Source: an uncultured Chloroflexia bacterium
Lineage (GTDB): Bacteria > Chloroflexota > Limnocylindria > Limnocylindrales > CSP1-4
Assembly: GCA_963734535.1 (NCBI GenBank)
Contig: CAVTHS010000008.1
Coordinates: 192,001-256,000, forward strand
DNA length: 64,000 nucleotides
Direction: 5' to 3'
Each line of letters starts with the position of its first letter. Positions within the stretch are counted from its first letter, which is position 1. Positions 37,523 through 47,623 of the stretch are shown here, piece by piece. The notes under the pieces were generated by a model. The model was not told where the DNA came from, searched no databases, and worked only from the letters and a program-made list of their open reading frames with translations. The position numbers and the translations under genes were made by a program.

Positions 37523-38185
37523 GTGTCCGACACCACCGCCCCGCCCCGCGCACCGTCCCTGACGGTCTCGCGCCATCCCGCCGTCCTGCACAAGCTCGCG
37601 ATCCTGCGAGACGAGAAGACCGAGCCCAAGAAGTTCCGCGAGGTCGTCCGCGAGCTCTCGTGGCTCCTCGGCTACGAGGCGCTCGCAGACGCGCGACTTC
37701 GACCGCGCCGCGTCCGCACCCCGCTCGAGGAGGTCGAGGCCCACGAGCTCGGCGACCGGATCGGGCTCGTGCCGATCCTGCGGGCCGGTCTCGGCATGGT
37801 GGACGCGATGCTCGAGCTGATGCCCACCGCCGAGGTCTGGCACCTCGGGCTTTTCCGCGACGAGCGGACCCTCCGGCCGGTCGAGTACTACAACAAGCTG
37901 CCCGACTCCGCGACCGTCGACCTCTGCCTGATCCTCGACCCGATGCTCGCCACCGGCGGCTCTGCGACTGCCGCGATCGAGGTGCTCAAGCGCTGGGGCG
38001 CGAGCCGGATCAAGCTGATCAACATCATCGCGGCGCCGGAGGGCGTCGCCGCGGTCAGCGCGGCACACCCGGACGTGACCATCCACTGCGCCGCGCTCGA
38101 CCGCGGCCTCAACGAGAAGGGCTACATCCTGCCCGGGCTCGGCGACGCGGGCGACCGCCAGTTCGGGACGGGCCGCCGGGACTGA
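37523..38185 (+). CDS. upp: Uracil phosphoribosyltransferase
   Basis: [37 protein letters not shown]. Confidence 0.97.
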   Translation: MSDTTAPPRAPSLTVSRHPAVLHKLAILRDEKTEPKKFREVVRELSWLLGYEALADARLRPRRVRTPLEEVEAHELGDRIGLVPILRAGLGMVDAMLELMPTAEVWHLGLFRDERTLRPVEYYNKLPDSATVDLCLILDPMLATGGSATAAIEVLKRWGASRIKLINIIAAPEGVAAVSAAHPDVTIHCAALDRGLNEKGYILPGLGDAGDRQFGTGRRD

Positions 38186-38323
38186 CGTCCTGCTGCCCAG
38201 GAGCGGCCCCAGCGACCGAATCGTATCTCCGACGGCGCCGGCGCCCCGCAAACGACTGGCGAGTGAGGTCGTGCGCGCGAGCCGCCTCTTCCGCCCGGTG
38301 ATCGCCCAGCCGACGGGTGCTCG

Positions 38324-39340
38324 TCAGACGTGGGGCGCAACGCCCTCCGCGAGCTGCTGCATCAGCTCGAGCTGCGCGTCGTGCTCGAGGAGCGGGACAT
38401 GGCTTCGGGCCACGAACTCGATGGGCACGCCAGCCTGCTCCCGGATGCCGAGCAGGACCTCGACGAGCTCGTCGGCCGTCCCGGCGTACGTCGCGCGGCC
38501 CTTCACCAGCTCATCGTCCGTGCGATCGAGCGGCGGCGGTGACGGCGGCGGGAGTGGCCGGGTTGCCGAGGCCCCCATGTCGGAGTACTTCCACTGCATC
38601 GCCCACAGCGCGTCGCGGTAGCGGGCAAGCGCCTCCCGGCGCGAGGCGCCGGGCAGGAGCACCGAGTAGTGGATGAACCGGAAGCTCGCCGGGTCGCGGC
38701 CGATGCGCTCGCACTCGTCGAGGACCCAGCGGACCTGCTCGACGAGCTTCCCGGCCGGGGCGTTCGCGAAGATCCCGTCGGCCAGGCGTGCGGCGCGGCG
38801 GATCGCGGGCTCCGCGCTACCGCCGACGAGCACCGGGATCGGCGTCGACGGCCTGGGCCGGACGGCGAGCGTCGGGAGGTCGAAGACGGCGCCGCTGTGC
38901 GTGAACGGCTCGCCGCTCCATGCCTGGGGGAGGATCCGGAGGATCTCGTCCATTGCCGCACCGCGACGGCGCGCGTCGGCTCCGAGCCCCGCGAACTCGA
39001 CCTCCGACCATCCCAGCCCGAGGCCGAGGACCAGCCGTCCGTGGCTGAGCAGCTGGACCGTTGCCGCATCCTCCGCCAGGCGGAGCGGGTGGTGCAACGG
39101 CGCGAGGACGACGCCCGTGCCGAGCTCGATTCGCGACGTCGCCTGCGCGAGCGCCGCGCTGACGACGAGGAGCGAGGGCATATACCCGTCGTCGACGAAG
39201 TGGTGCTCGGTCGTCCACACCGACGTGAAGCCGAGGTGCTCCGCCTCGACTGCGAGCCGGACCGTCTCGTCGTAGGCGCGGGTCCAGTCGGTCTCACCTG
39301 GCCTGAGCTGCGCGCTGAGAAGGCCGAAGCCAAGTCCCAT
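38324..39340 (-). CDS. LLM class flavin-dependent oxidoreductase
   Basis: WTTEHHF, PLHHPLRLAED, GRLVLGLGLG. Confidence 0.9.
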   Translation of the reverse strand: MGLGFGLLSAQLRPGETDWTRAYDETVRLAVEAEHLGFTSVWTTEHHFVDDGYMPSLLVVSAALAQATSRIELGTGVVLAPLHHPLRLAEDAATVQLLSHGRLVLGLGLGWSEVEFAGLGADARRRGAAMDEILRILPQAWSGEPFTHSGAVFDLPTLAVRPRPSTPIPVLVGGSAEPAIRRAARLADGIFANAPAGKLVEQVRWVLDECERIGRDPASFRFIHYSVLLPGASRREALARYRDALWAMQWKYSDMGASATRPLPPPSPPPLDRTDDELVKGRATYAGTADELVEVLLGIREQAGVPIEFVARSHVPLLEHDAQLELMQQLAEGVAPHV

Positions 39341-39662
39341 GCCCGCCACGATAGCAGCCAACGCGACAGCGCGGCATGGGTCCGGCCGGCCCGTCGTCGA
39401 CGGGCAACCCGGCTCCCGGACCGATGGCAATCGTGACGCAGACCGGCGTCCGCCTCCACACCGGCCGGACCCGTTGCTGGAAAGTTGATGGTCTCGCGCG
39501 AAGTGTCGGGCGTTTTCCGCGCGTCCAGGTGGCGCTCGCGGAGCATCTGGCGGGTTGCTTGCCGCCGTGGGCGAGCCAGCACAAGATCAGCCCGTACCGG
39601 ACTGAAGCCCGTCCGCCCCAACGACGTTGGGTGATGGCCGACTTCCGCGAGGAGGACATCCC

Positions 39663-40061
39663 TTGGACGAGGGCCCGTTCTTTCATGGCACGAAAGCCGA
39701 CCTGCGGGTGGGCGACCTCCTCACGGCCGGCTTCCGTTCGAACTACCGGCCCGATGTCGTGATGAATCACGTCTACTTCACCGCGCTGCGTGACGGTGCC
39801 GGACTCGCCGCAGAGCTCGCGGCGGGCGAAGGTGCTCCGCGCGTCTACGTCGTTGAGCCAACGGGGACGTTCGAGGACGACCCCAACGTGACCGACAAGA
39901 AGTTCCCCGGCAACCCAACCCGGTCCTACCGCAGCAGAGAGCCGCTCAGGGTCGTCGGCGAGGTGACCGACTGGATGCGACAGACCCCCGCGGCGCTACA
40001 GGCATGGCGCGACCGGCTGGCGGCAATCCGCGCGGATGAACGAGGCGAGATCATCAACTGA
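39663..40061 (+). CDS. arr: NAD(+)--rifampin ADP-ribosyltransferase
   Basis: GPFFHGTKADL, MNHVYFTA, VEPTGTFEDDPNVTDKKFPGNPTRSYRS. GGAGGA SD before TTG. Confidence 0.93.
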   Translation: MDEGPFFHGTKADLRVGDLLTAGFRSNYRPDVVMNHVYFTALRDGAGLAAELAAGEGAPRVYVVEPTGTFEDDPNVTDKKFPGNPTRSYRSREPLRVVGEVTDWMRQTPAALQAWRDRLAAIRADERGEIIN

Positions 40062-40118
40062 TCGGCGGAGGCTCGTGGACCGGGCCGATCGGCTCCCGTC
40101 TTCGGGCCGTCCGGCGCG

Positions 40119-40146
40119 ATGACAGATCATCTGTCGCTGATACATT
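40119..40146 (+). promoter_or_regulatory. Promoter with palindromic operator at start of arsenic/metal island
   Basis: ATGACA-16-TACATT. Perfect inverted repeat GACAGAT-C-ATCTGTC at 40121-40135. Confidence 0.6.
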
Positions 40147-40156
40147 CCCCAGTGAG

Positions 40157-40916
40157 ATGCCACTGATCCTGATCCTGACGCCGCTCCTGTTCGGCCTCAG
40201 CTTCCTCTCGGGGATGCTCGGCCTCGGGGTCGCGTTCATCGCGATCCCGGTGCTGGGCCTCTTCGGGTTCGACCTCAAGGACGTCATCCAGCCCTGGGCG
40301 CTGCTGCTCAACGGGCTCACCGCGATCAGCGGCGCGATCGCCTTCTGGCGGGCGGGGATGGTCGACCGAGCGCGGCGCGCTGATCCTCATCGTCATCACG
40401 ACGATCGGCGCGCCCCTCGGCGTCTGGCTGCTGCAGTTCGCCTCCACCACCCTGGTCTGGTGGCTCTACGTGGGCGTGCTGCTCTTCCTGGCCGCCCGGA
40501 TGCTCCTCCCGAAGCCCCGCTCGACGGAGGACGTGGCGGAGATCACCGATGGCGGCCGGGTGCGGGCCGGGGCGGCCGCGGTGCCGATCAGCATCTTCGC
40601 GGGGTTCCTGGGCGTCGGGCCCGGCTTCCTGCTCATGCCGACCCTCACGCTCGTCGGCTACTCCGCCCGGCTCGCCGCGGCGACCAACTCGGTGGCCGTC
40701 ACCGTCCCGTCGTTCTCGGCGTTCGCGAGCCATCTCGGGACCGCGACCTTCGACTGGCCGATGGTGATCGTCACCTCGATCGCGTCCGTCATCGGCGCCT
40801 GGCTGGGCGCCCGCTTCACGGCGGGCCGGGTCAAGAGCGCCACGCTCTCCCGGATCTTCGCGATCGCGCTCGTCCTGCTCGCTGCCCAGCGCGCCTGGAT
40901 CCTGGTGGTCGGATGA
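40157..40916 (+). CDS. Sulfite exporter TauE/SafE family protein (frameshift near 40370)
   Basis: SGMLGLGVAF first half and GFLGVGPGFLLMP second half lie in different frames. Confidence 0.8.
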
Positions 40917-40996
40917 GCGCCACGGACGGGCAGGTCGTGCTTGCCGGGCGCAGGGTCGTCCCGTCTCGCCCACCCATGCTACGAAGGAGGCGTCCC

Positions 40997-41326
40997 ATGC
41001 CGATTGAGCTGCCCGTCCTGCAGGAGCTGCGGATGGACGTCCGCCCTCCCGATGTCCGGGACGGCGTCGCCATTGCCGCCCTCATCTCGGATCCCACGCG
41101 CGCCGGCATCCTCACCATGCTCCGCGGCGGACCGCATTGCGTGTGCGAGATGTCCGCCGCCTTCGGCGAGCGCCAGAACAACGTGAGCAACCACCTGGCG
41201 AAGCTGCGCGACGCGGGGCTCGTCCAGGTGAGCCGCGGTCCATCCGACGGACGCCGCGTCTACTACGAGCGGGACGAGACGGCCTGCGCCGCCGCCGTCG
41301 CGACCCTCGCGAGGATCCTCGGATGA
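40997..41326 (+). CDS. ArsR/SmtB family regulator
   Basis: SDPTRAGIL...HCVCEM...VSNHLAKLRDAGLV. AAGGAGG SD. Confidence 0.88.
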   Translation: MPIELPVLQELRMDVRPPDVRDGVAIAALISDPTRAGILTMLRGGPHCVCEMSAAFGERQNNVSNHLAKLRDAGLVQVSRGPSDGRRVYYERDETACAAAVATLARILG

Positions 41327-42369
41327 CCGCGCTCCCGCTGCGCCGCGCCCACGTGCCGTTCCGCCTCCTGGCGCCCGTCGTGGTGGTCGGTTGGCTGGCG
41401 GCGTGGTTCGTCAACCTGCCCCTGGCCAACTGGGCGGCCTACGACCTCCTCGGCCTCGAGCGCGGATCGCACGTCGGCGACGCGGTCGCGTTCTTCCTGC
41501 TCGACGTCCCCAAGGTCCTGCTCCTGCTGCTCGGGATCATGACCGTGGTCTCGTTCCTGCGGAGCTACTTCCCGCCCGAGCGGATGCGCGCCGCGCTGGC
41601 CGGCCGCGGCACGCTCCCGGCGACCGTCGGGGCGGCGGCGTTCGGGGTGGTCACGCCCTTCTGCTCGTGCTCGGCCGTGCCGCTCTTCATCGGTTTCGTG
41701 GAGGCCGGGATCCCGCTCGGGGTCACCTTCGCGTTCCTGATCAGCAGCCCGATGGTCAACGAGGTCGCCCTGGTGCTGCTGTGGGGCCTCTTCGGTCCCG
41801 GGATCGCGCTCCTCTACATGGCCGCAGGGCTGACAGTCGCCGTGGTCGGCGGGCTGGTCCTCGGGCGCCTGCCGCTCGAGAAGTGGATCGAGCCGTGGGT
41901 CCTCGCGGTCCGCGCCGGCGGCGGCGCGACCTCGCTCGACCTCCGGCTCTCGGTGGAGCAGCGGATGCGCGACGCCTGGACATCCACGAAGGACCTCGTC
42001 CGCAAGGTCCTGCTCTACGTGATCATCGGGATCGGGATCGGTGCCTTCATCCACGGCTTCGTCCCGACGGAGCTCGTGGCCCAGATCGGTGGGCGCGACA
42101 ACCCGTTCGCCGTCCCGATCGTGGTCGCCATCGCGATCCCGCTCTACTCGAACGCCGCCGGCACGATCCCGATCGTCGAGGCGCTGCTCGGCAAGGGCAT
42201 GCCGCTCGGGACCACGCTCGCGTTCATGATGGCGATCGTGGCCATCAGCCTGCCCGAGTTCGTGATCCTGCGCCGGGTCATGAAGCTTCGCCTGATCGCC
42301 GTCTTCGCAATCGTCGTCGTCACCGGCATTCTCGCCGTCGGCTTCCTGTTCAACGCGCTCGGTCTGTGA
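41323..42369 (+). CDS. ArsP-like (DUF318) permease
   Basis: TPFCSCSAVP, SSPMVNEV, PLYSNAAG, SLPEFVIL. Confidence 0.88.
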   Translation: MTALPLRRAHVPFRLLAPVVVVGWLAAWFVNLPLANWAAYDLLGLERGSHVGDAVAFFLLDVPKVLLLLLGIMTVVSFLRSYFPPERMRAALAGRGTLPATVGAAAFGVVTPFCSCSAVPLFIGFVEAGIPLGVTFAFLISSPMVNEVALVLLWGLFGPGIALLYMAAGLTVAVVGGLVLGRLPLEKWIEPWVLAVRAGGGATSLDLRLSVEQRMRDAWTSTKDLVRKVLLYVIIGIGIGAFIHGFVPTELVAQIGGRDNPFAVPIVVAIAIPLYSNAAGTIPIVEALLGKGMPLGTTLAFMMAIVAISLPEFVILRRVMKLRLIAVFAIVVVTGILAVGFLFNALGL

Positions 42370-42383
42370 AGGAGGCACGTCGG

Positions 42384-42626
42384 ATGAAGGTCGTCGAGGT
42401 CCTCGGGCCCTGGCTGCAACAACTGCCAGCCTCCTCGAGCAGGCCGCCCTCGAAGCGGTCATCAGCTCCGGCGTGGACGCCAAGGTCGTCAAGGTCACCG
42501 ACTACGCCCGGATCGCTGCCTACCGCGTCATGCACACGCCCGGGCTCGTCATCGACGGCAAGGTGGTCAGCGCCGGCCGGATCCCGTCCGCGAGCCGAGA
42601 TCGCGGGCTGGCTCACGTTCGCATGA
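42384..42626 (+). CDS. Small redox-active thioredoxin-family protein (MTH895-like), with indels
   Basis: After correcting 1-nt indels it reads VLGPGCNNC...TPGLVIDGKVVSAGRIPS. AAGGAGG SD. Confidence 0.7.
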   Translation: MKVVEVLGPWLQQLPASSSRPPSKRSSAPAWTPRSSRSPTTPGSLPTASCTRPGSSSTARWSAPAGSRPRAEIAGWLTFA

Positions 42627-42756
42627 ACCGGCGCGCGGTCCCGAATGAATCATCCCGTTCGGAACCGCGCGCCTCCGCCACCTGGTCATTTATCGCTGCG
42701 CGATCGCGCAGCGCGGAGCGCGGCGATTGCCGCCCACGAACGGAGGTTCCATCAGC

Positions 42757-42993
42757 ATGAAGAAGATCGAAGTCCTGGGTCCCGGCTGCGCAAATTGCGT
42801 CCGGCTCGAGAAGGTCGCCCGCGAGGCGGTCGAAATGGCCGGCGTCGAAGCCGAAGTCGTCAAGGTCACCGACTACGGCCAGATCATGAGCTACGGGATC
42901 ATGAGCACCCCTGGGCTCGTCATCGACGGCAAGGTCGTCAGCTACGGTCGCATCCCGTCGGCGGGCGACATCGCCGCCTGGCTCACCGAGTGA
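42757..42993 (+). CDS. Small redox-active thioredoxin-family protein (MTH895-like)
   Basis: MKKIEVLGPGCANC...MSTPGLVIDGKVVSYGRIP. Confidence 0.92.
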   Translation: MKKIEVLGPGCANCVRLEKVAREAVEMAGVEAEVVKVTDYGQIMSYGIMSTPGLVIDGKVVSYGRIPSAGDIAAWLTE

Positions 42994-43012
42994 CCGGCGT
43001 CGTTCCCGTCCC

Positions 43013-44062
43013 GTGACCGGGCTGCGCTCCCTCCAGGAGCACCTCAACCGATGGATGCTGGCCTACGTGAGCATCGCCATCCTCGTGGGCCTCCTGGCCG
43101 GCAACGGGCTCGCCGGGTTCGCGAAGAGCCAGGCGGGCATCCTGGGCGGCCTCACGACGGCCGCGGTCTTCCTGATCATCTACCCGATGATGGTCAACGT
43201 CCGCTTCGAGGCGCTGCTGCGGGCGGGCCGGAACCTGCGTGGCATCGGGGTCGCTCTGCTCTTCAACTTCGTCTGGGCGCCGCTCGTCGGCTGGGTCCTC
43301 GCAACGGTCTTCCTCTCCGACCCGCTCCTGGCGCTCGGCTTCCTGCTCGTGATGGTCGTGCCGTGCTCGAGCATGGCGATCGGGTACACCGGGCTCGCGA
43401 AGGGTGACCTTGAGCTCGCGACGGTCGTTGTCGCGCTCAGCTTCGTGCTCGCGATCGTCGCGGTCCCGCTCTGGATGTCGCTCTTCGCGAGCCGCTACGC
43501 GGTCCCGGTGCCGATCGGCGACCTGATCAGCTCCATCCTCACGGTCCTGCTCGCGCCGATGGTGCTCGGATATGCCACCCGGCGGGGGCTCCTCCGCTGG
43601 CTGGGACCGGTTCGGTTCGGGGCGATCGCACCGCTCTTCCCGGCGCTCTCCCTGCTGGGCATGTACGCGATCGTCTTCCTCATCTTCTTCGGCAAGGCCA
43701 CCCTCATCGTCGAGCGCTGGCAGACGGTGGCGATCCTGCTCGTCCCCAACACGATCTTCATCGGCCTGAGCCTGGTCGTGCTGACCTGGCTCGATCGGCG
43801 CCTGGGCATGGGCTTCGAGGAGCACATGGCCGTGGCGTTCACGAGCACCGGCAAGAACAACGGCACGGCGATCGCGATCGCCACCACCGCCTTCTCACCG
43901 CTCGTGGCCATCCCCGCTGCAACCATGCCGATCTTCCAGATCCTCCTCATGGTCCTCTACCTCCGCTCTGCTCCGCGGCTGCGGGCCCGGTTCGGGCGGC
44001 GCGCGGAGCCTGATCCGCTGATCCCCGTGGCTCAGGCCGACGTGGCCGAGGCGGTCACGTGA
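43013..44062 (+). CDS. acr3: Acr3-family arsenite efflux permease
   Basis: IYPMM, LFNFVWAP, VVPCSSM (Acr3 Cys), GKNNGTAIAIA. Confidence 0.8.
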   Translation: MTGLRSLQEHLNRWMLAYVSIAILVGLLAGNGLAGFAKSQAGILGGLTTAAVFLIIYPMMVNVRFEALLRAGRNLRGIGVALLFNFVWAPLVGWVLATVFLSDPLLALGFLLVMVVPCSSMAIGYTGLAKGDLELATVVVALSFVLAIVAVPLWMSLFASRYAVPVPIGDLISSILTVLLAPMVLGYATRRGLLRWLGPVRFGAIAPLFPALSLLGMYAIVFLIFFGKATLIVERWQTVAILLVPNTIFIGLSLVVLTWLDRRLGMGFEEHMAVAFTSTGKNNGTAIAIATTAFSPLVAIPAATMPIFQILLMVLYLRSAPRLRARFGRRAEPDPLIPVAQADVAEAVT

Positions 44063-45036
44063 ACGCGACCGGTGTCGAAACAGGCGCGCCTGCGACGCGC
44101 CACGCGGAGATCGTCGAGCGCGCGGCCCCCTCGCGACGTCTCGCCGGTGCCCTCGTCCTCTCGTTGGCGGTCCTCGCGCTCGAGGTTGGCGGCGGCCTGG
44201 TCACCGGCAGCCTCGCGCTGCTGAGCGACGCCACGCACGTGGCGGTGGACGTGGTCGCCCTCCTTGTCGGGTTGGGGGCCGCCCGGCTGGCCACCCGATC
44301 CCCCGATGCCTCTCATACGTACGGGTTCCACCGGATGGAGACGCTCGGCGCCCTCGTGAACGCGGTCCTGCTCGTCGCGGCCAGCGCCGTGGTCCTCGTC
44401 GAGAGCGTCAGCCGGCTCGTCGCGCCATCGCCGGTCGAGGCCCTCGCGGTCCTCCCGATCGCCCTGATCGCGCTCGTCACGAACAGCGCGTCCGCGCTCC
44501 TCGTGCACGGCGCCGAGCGCCAGACGGTCGCCTCACGGGTCCTCGTGCTGCACCTGGCCGGTGATGCGGTCGGCGCGGTCGCGGTCATCGTGTCCTCGCT
44601 CGTCATCCTCGCCGGGGGCCCGCCGGCCGCGGACGCGATCGCCAGTCTCGTCATCGGCGTGCTGCTGGGCCTCGCCGGGCTGCGACTGCTCGGGCAGATC
44701 GCCCACCTCCTCGCGGAGGGCGTCCCCGGCGGCGTCTCGCTCGGCGCTGCGGCGGAGGCGCTCAGCGGCACGGCTGGGGTGTGCGGCGTGCACGACCTCC
44801 ATGTCTGGGCCCTCGCTGACGATCTTCCGATCGTCACGGCGCACGTCGAGGTCCTGCCCGACTCGAACGCCGCCGTCGTCCTGCGGGCGGCGACGGCGGC
44901 ACTCAACGCCGAAGGTTTCGCGCACGTCACGCTCCAGCCGGAGGACGCACCGTGCGGGCAGGGCCTCCCCGCCGCGCCGGCCGACCGGGCCGCAATCACC
45001 GCCACAACCGCCCCACAGAAGGAGTCCCTCCCATGA
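44059..45036 (+). CDS. Cation diffusion facilitator (CzcD-like)
   Basis: SLALLSDATHVAVD, TYGFHRME, LHLAGD, VHDLHVW, HVTLQPE. Confidence 0.92.
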   Translation: MNATGVETGAPATRHAEIVERAAPSRRLAGALVLSLAVLALEVGGGLVTGSLALLSDATHVAVDVVALLVGLGAARLATRSPDASHTYGFHRMETLGALVNAVLLVAASAVVLVESVSRLVAPSPVEALAVLPIALIALVTNSASALLVHGAERQTVASRVLVLHLAGDAVGAVAVIVSSLVILAGGPPAADAIASLVIGVLLGLAGLRLLGQIAHLLAEGVPGGVSLGAAAEALSGTAGVCGVHDLHVWALADDLPIVTAHVEVLPDSNAAVVLRAATAALNAEGFAHVTLQPEDAPCGQGLPAAPADRAAITATTAPQKESLP

Positions 45037-45636
45037 ACGAGACCGCGATCCTGGCCGAGGCCCTCGCCTTCCACGGCCACAAGTGCTGGGCCAGCACCGC
45101 TGGGGTGCGGCTGGGCCTCGCGGCGATGGAGGCGCTCGGCGCCCCCCGGGCCGGAGCGAAACAGCTCCACGCAATCATCGAGACCGGTGACTACCACGGC
45201 GGCATGTGCTTCGGCGACGGCATCCAGTTCACGACCGGCTGCACGTTCGGCAAGGGCAACATCGAGAAGATCCGGCGAGGGCAAGTTCGCCGTCACCCTC
45301 ATCGACAAGGCCTCGAACCGCGCCGTGCGGGTTGCGTATCGGCCGACGCTCCAGCCGCGCATCAAGGCAACGCCGTTCATGACCGAAACGAGCCGGTGGC
45401 GTGTCGCCGACGGAGATCCCCGAGGCCGAGCAGATGGAGGTGGTCAACCTCGTCTGGAACGCGGAAGCGGACGAGATCATGACCATCGGCCCCATCGGCC
45501 GAGCGACTGGAGCGAGCCCGAGGAGGTCGTCCGCTTCCTCGTCTGCCCGTCGTGCGGCGAGCTCGTGGCGGAGCCCTACGCCCGGGTGGCCGAGGGCAGG
45601 ATCGTCTGCGCTGCGTGCTCCGGTTACCCGCGCTGA
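45033..45636 (+). CDS. FmdE family protein with C-terminal zinc finger (3 indels)
   Basis: FHGHKC, CFGDGIQFTTGCTFGKGN, CPSCGE...VCAAC across frames. Confidence 0.82.
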
Positions 45637-45659
45637 GCCGAACCTGACAGTACCCGGTC

Positions 45660-46409
45660 ATGCTGCTTTATCTCGTCGGCGGGGCCACGGTGTTCATCGG
45701 CTCCGGCGTCATGGCGATGGCCGGGCTGGGTGCAGCGTTCCTGTTCGTCCCGCTCTTCTTCTACCTCGGGGTGCCGCTGGGCCAGGCAACGTCGGCCGCG
45801 CTTCTCCTGAACGCCGTGAGCCTGTCGGCCGCGACGATCGCATACGCCCGGGCGGGGCTGATCGACTGGCGGGCCGGTGTTCCCGTCCTGATCGCCGCGG
45901 TCATCCTTGCGCCCATCGGGGCCGCGCTCACCGCCCAGGTGGATCGAGACCTGCTCCTCGGCCTCTTCGTCGGCTTCCTCGTCTTCGCGGGCGCGATGAT
46001 GCTGTTCTACCGGCCTCGGGCCGGTGGTCGTGACCGGACGGTCGCTGCGGAGGCCGGAGTGGGAGCCGCGGTGGGCGGCGTGGCTGGCTTCCTTGGCGGC
46101 CTGCTCGGGGTCGGCGGCGGCAACGTCATCCTGCCCGGCCTGACCTGGCTCGGGCTCGACGCCAAGGTGGCCGCGGGGACCACCGCGCTGGCGGTCGTGT
46201 TCTCGTCGCTGTCGGGGTTCCTGGGCCACGCGGCGCTCGGTGGCCTGGACCCAGGGTTCCTGGTGACGATGGCGGCCCTCGCGGCGGCCGGCTCCCTCGC
46301 CGGATCGCACGTCATGCGGACCAGGCTCAGCGGCGCCCAGCTGAAGCGGGTCATCGGCGTCCTGTTGTTCGTGATCGCCGCGAAGATCGCGCTGGACCTC
46401 ATCTCATGA
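45660..46409 (+). CDS. Sulfite exporter TauE/SafE family protein
   Basis: MAGLGAAFLFVP, GLLGVGGGNVILP, AAGT. Confidence 0.88.
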   Translation: MLLYLVGGATVFIGSGVMAMAGLGAAFLFVPLFFYLGVPLGQATSAALLLNAVSLSAATIAYARAGLIDWRAGVPVLIAAVILAPIGAALTAQVDRDLLLGLFVGFLVFAGAMMLFYRPRAGGRDRTVAAEAGVGAAVGGVAGFLGGLLGVGGGNVILPGLTWLGLDAKVAAGTTALAVVFSSLSGFLGHAALGGLDPGFLVTMAALAAAGSLAGSHVMRTRLSGAQLKRVIGVLLFVIAAKIALDLIS

Positions 46410-46426
46410 AGGAAGGACCCATCCCG

Positions 46427-47599
46427 ATGAGCACCGTCACGCCCGGGAATCCGTCAACGGCCGCGCAGCCGACGCTGCTGCGCGGGTTCCACCCGGGCTG
46501 GTACGGGGCCGTGATGGGCACCGCGATCGTCGGGATCGTGGGCTACCAGAACCCGGGTCAGCTGGCCGACCTGGCACAGGCTGCGAAGGCGTTCGGCGTT
46601 CTCATGGTCGGGCTGTCTGCCCTGCTCGCGGTTGGGCTCGGCATCCCGTACGTGGCGCGCTGGATCCGCCACCCGGACGCGGCGCGCGCCGACCTGGCAA
46701 ACCCTCTCGCGGGTGCCATGTACGCCACGGTCCCCGGCGGGATCCTCGTTCTCGCGGTCGGCATCGCCACCGTCGGTCCGTCCGTGCTGCGTGACGACGT
46801 CACGGTCACGTTGGTCGCCGTTCTCGCGGCCGTCGGGATCGTCCTGGCCCTCGCGGTCGCCGTCGCCTTCGCCTCGCTGCTCTTCCTGAGGCACGGCGTG
46901 GATCCGCAGGCGGCGAACGGCGCCTGGTTCATCCCGCCCGTGGTCACGATCATCGCCCCGATGGTCATTGCACCGTTGATCCCGCACGTCGCCGTGGCGG
47001 ACCTCCCACTGCTCGTCTTCACCGCCTACGCCCTGTGGGGCATGGGCTTCCTGCTCTTTCTCCTCGTCGCCTCGCTCCTGTATGACCGGCTGGTGTTCCA
47101 CCCGCTGCCAGCGGCCCCACTCGCGCCGTCGTTCTGGATCGGTCTCGGCCCGCTCGGCGTCGGCGGCCTGGCCCTGGTGCGCATCGCCCAGGCCGGCACG
47201 CCGCTGTGGGGTGACGCCGCGCCTGCCGTGATCGCCGCCTCGTCGATCGCGGCGACGGTCCTGTGGGGGTTCGGCCTCTGGTGGCTCGCGGCCGCGATCG
47301 TCCTCCTGGTCGCGTACCTGCGGCGCAGCCGGCTGCCCTACGGCCTGGGCTGGTGGGCGTTCACGTTCCCGCTCGGCGCGTTCACGGCGAGCACGCTCGC
47401 CCTGGGCCGGGGCTGGCATGCGGGCGCGATCGAAGCCCTCGCCGCGGTCCTCTTCCTGGCCCTCGTGGCCGCCTGGGCGATCGTGTCCCTCGGCACGCTG
47501 CGGGCCGTTCGCTCCGGCGTCGGCCTGGCGGCGCTGAAGGTCCCGAAACGGACCACTCGGCCCGCCGGAAGGGTCCAGGTGGCACAAACGCACGTTTGA
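46427..47599 (+). CDS. TDT/SLAC1 family anion transporter (C4-dicarboxylate/sulfite/tellurite)
   Basis: PGWYGAVMGT, WFIPPV, FWIGLGP, WWAFTFPLG. Confidence 0.88.
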   Translation: MSTVTPGNPSTAAQPTLLRGFHPGWYGAVMGTAIVGIVGYQNPGQLADLAQAAKAFGVLMVGLSALLAVGLGIPYVARWIRHPDAARADLANPLAGAMYATVPGGILVLAVGIATVGPSVLRDDVTVTLVAVLAAVGIVLALAVAVAFASLLFLRHGVDPQAANGAWFIPPVVTIIAPMVIAPLIPHVAVADLPLLVFTAYALWGMGFLLFLLVASLLYDRLVFHPLPAAPLAPSFWIGLGPLGVGGLALVRIAQAGTPLWGDAAPAVIAASSIAATVLWGFGLWWLAAAIVLLVAYLRRSRLPYGLGWWAFTFPLGAFTASTLALGRGWHAGAIEALAAVLFLALVAAWAIVSLGTLRAVRSGVGLAALKVPKRTTRPAGRVQVAQTHV

Positions 47600-47613
47600 C
47601 TAACGTCGGTTAG
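47596..47613 (+). promoter_or_regulatory. Internal promoter/operator before third ArsR
   Basis: TTGACT at 47596 and inverted repeat CTAAC-GTCG-GTTAG at 47600-47613. Confidence 0.45.
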
Positions 47614-47623
47614 CATGTGGACC

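Noticed and set aside
39545-39575. Rifamycin-associated element (RAE) upstream of arr
   Set aside because: Only a short CTTGCCGC core matches and the full palindrome is absent.
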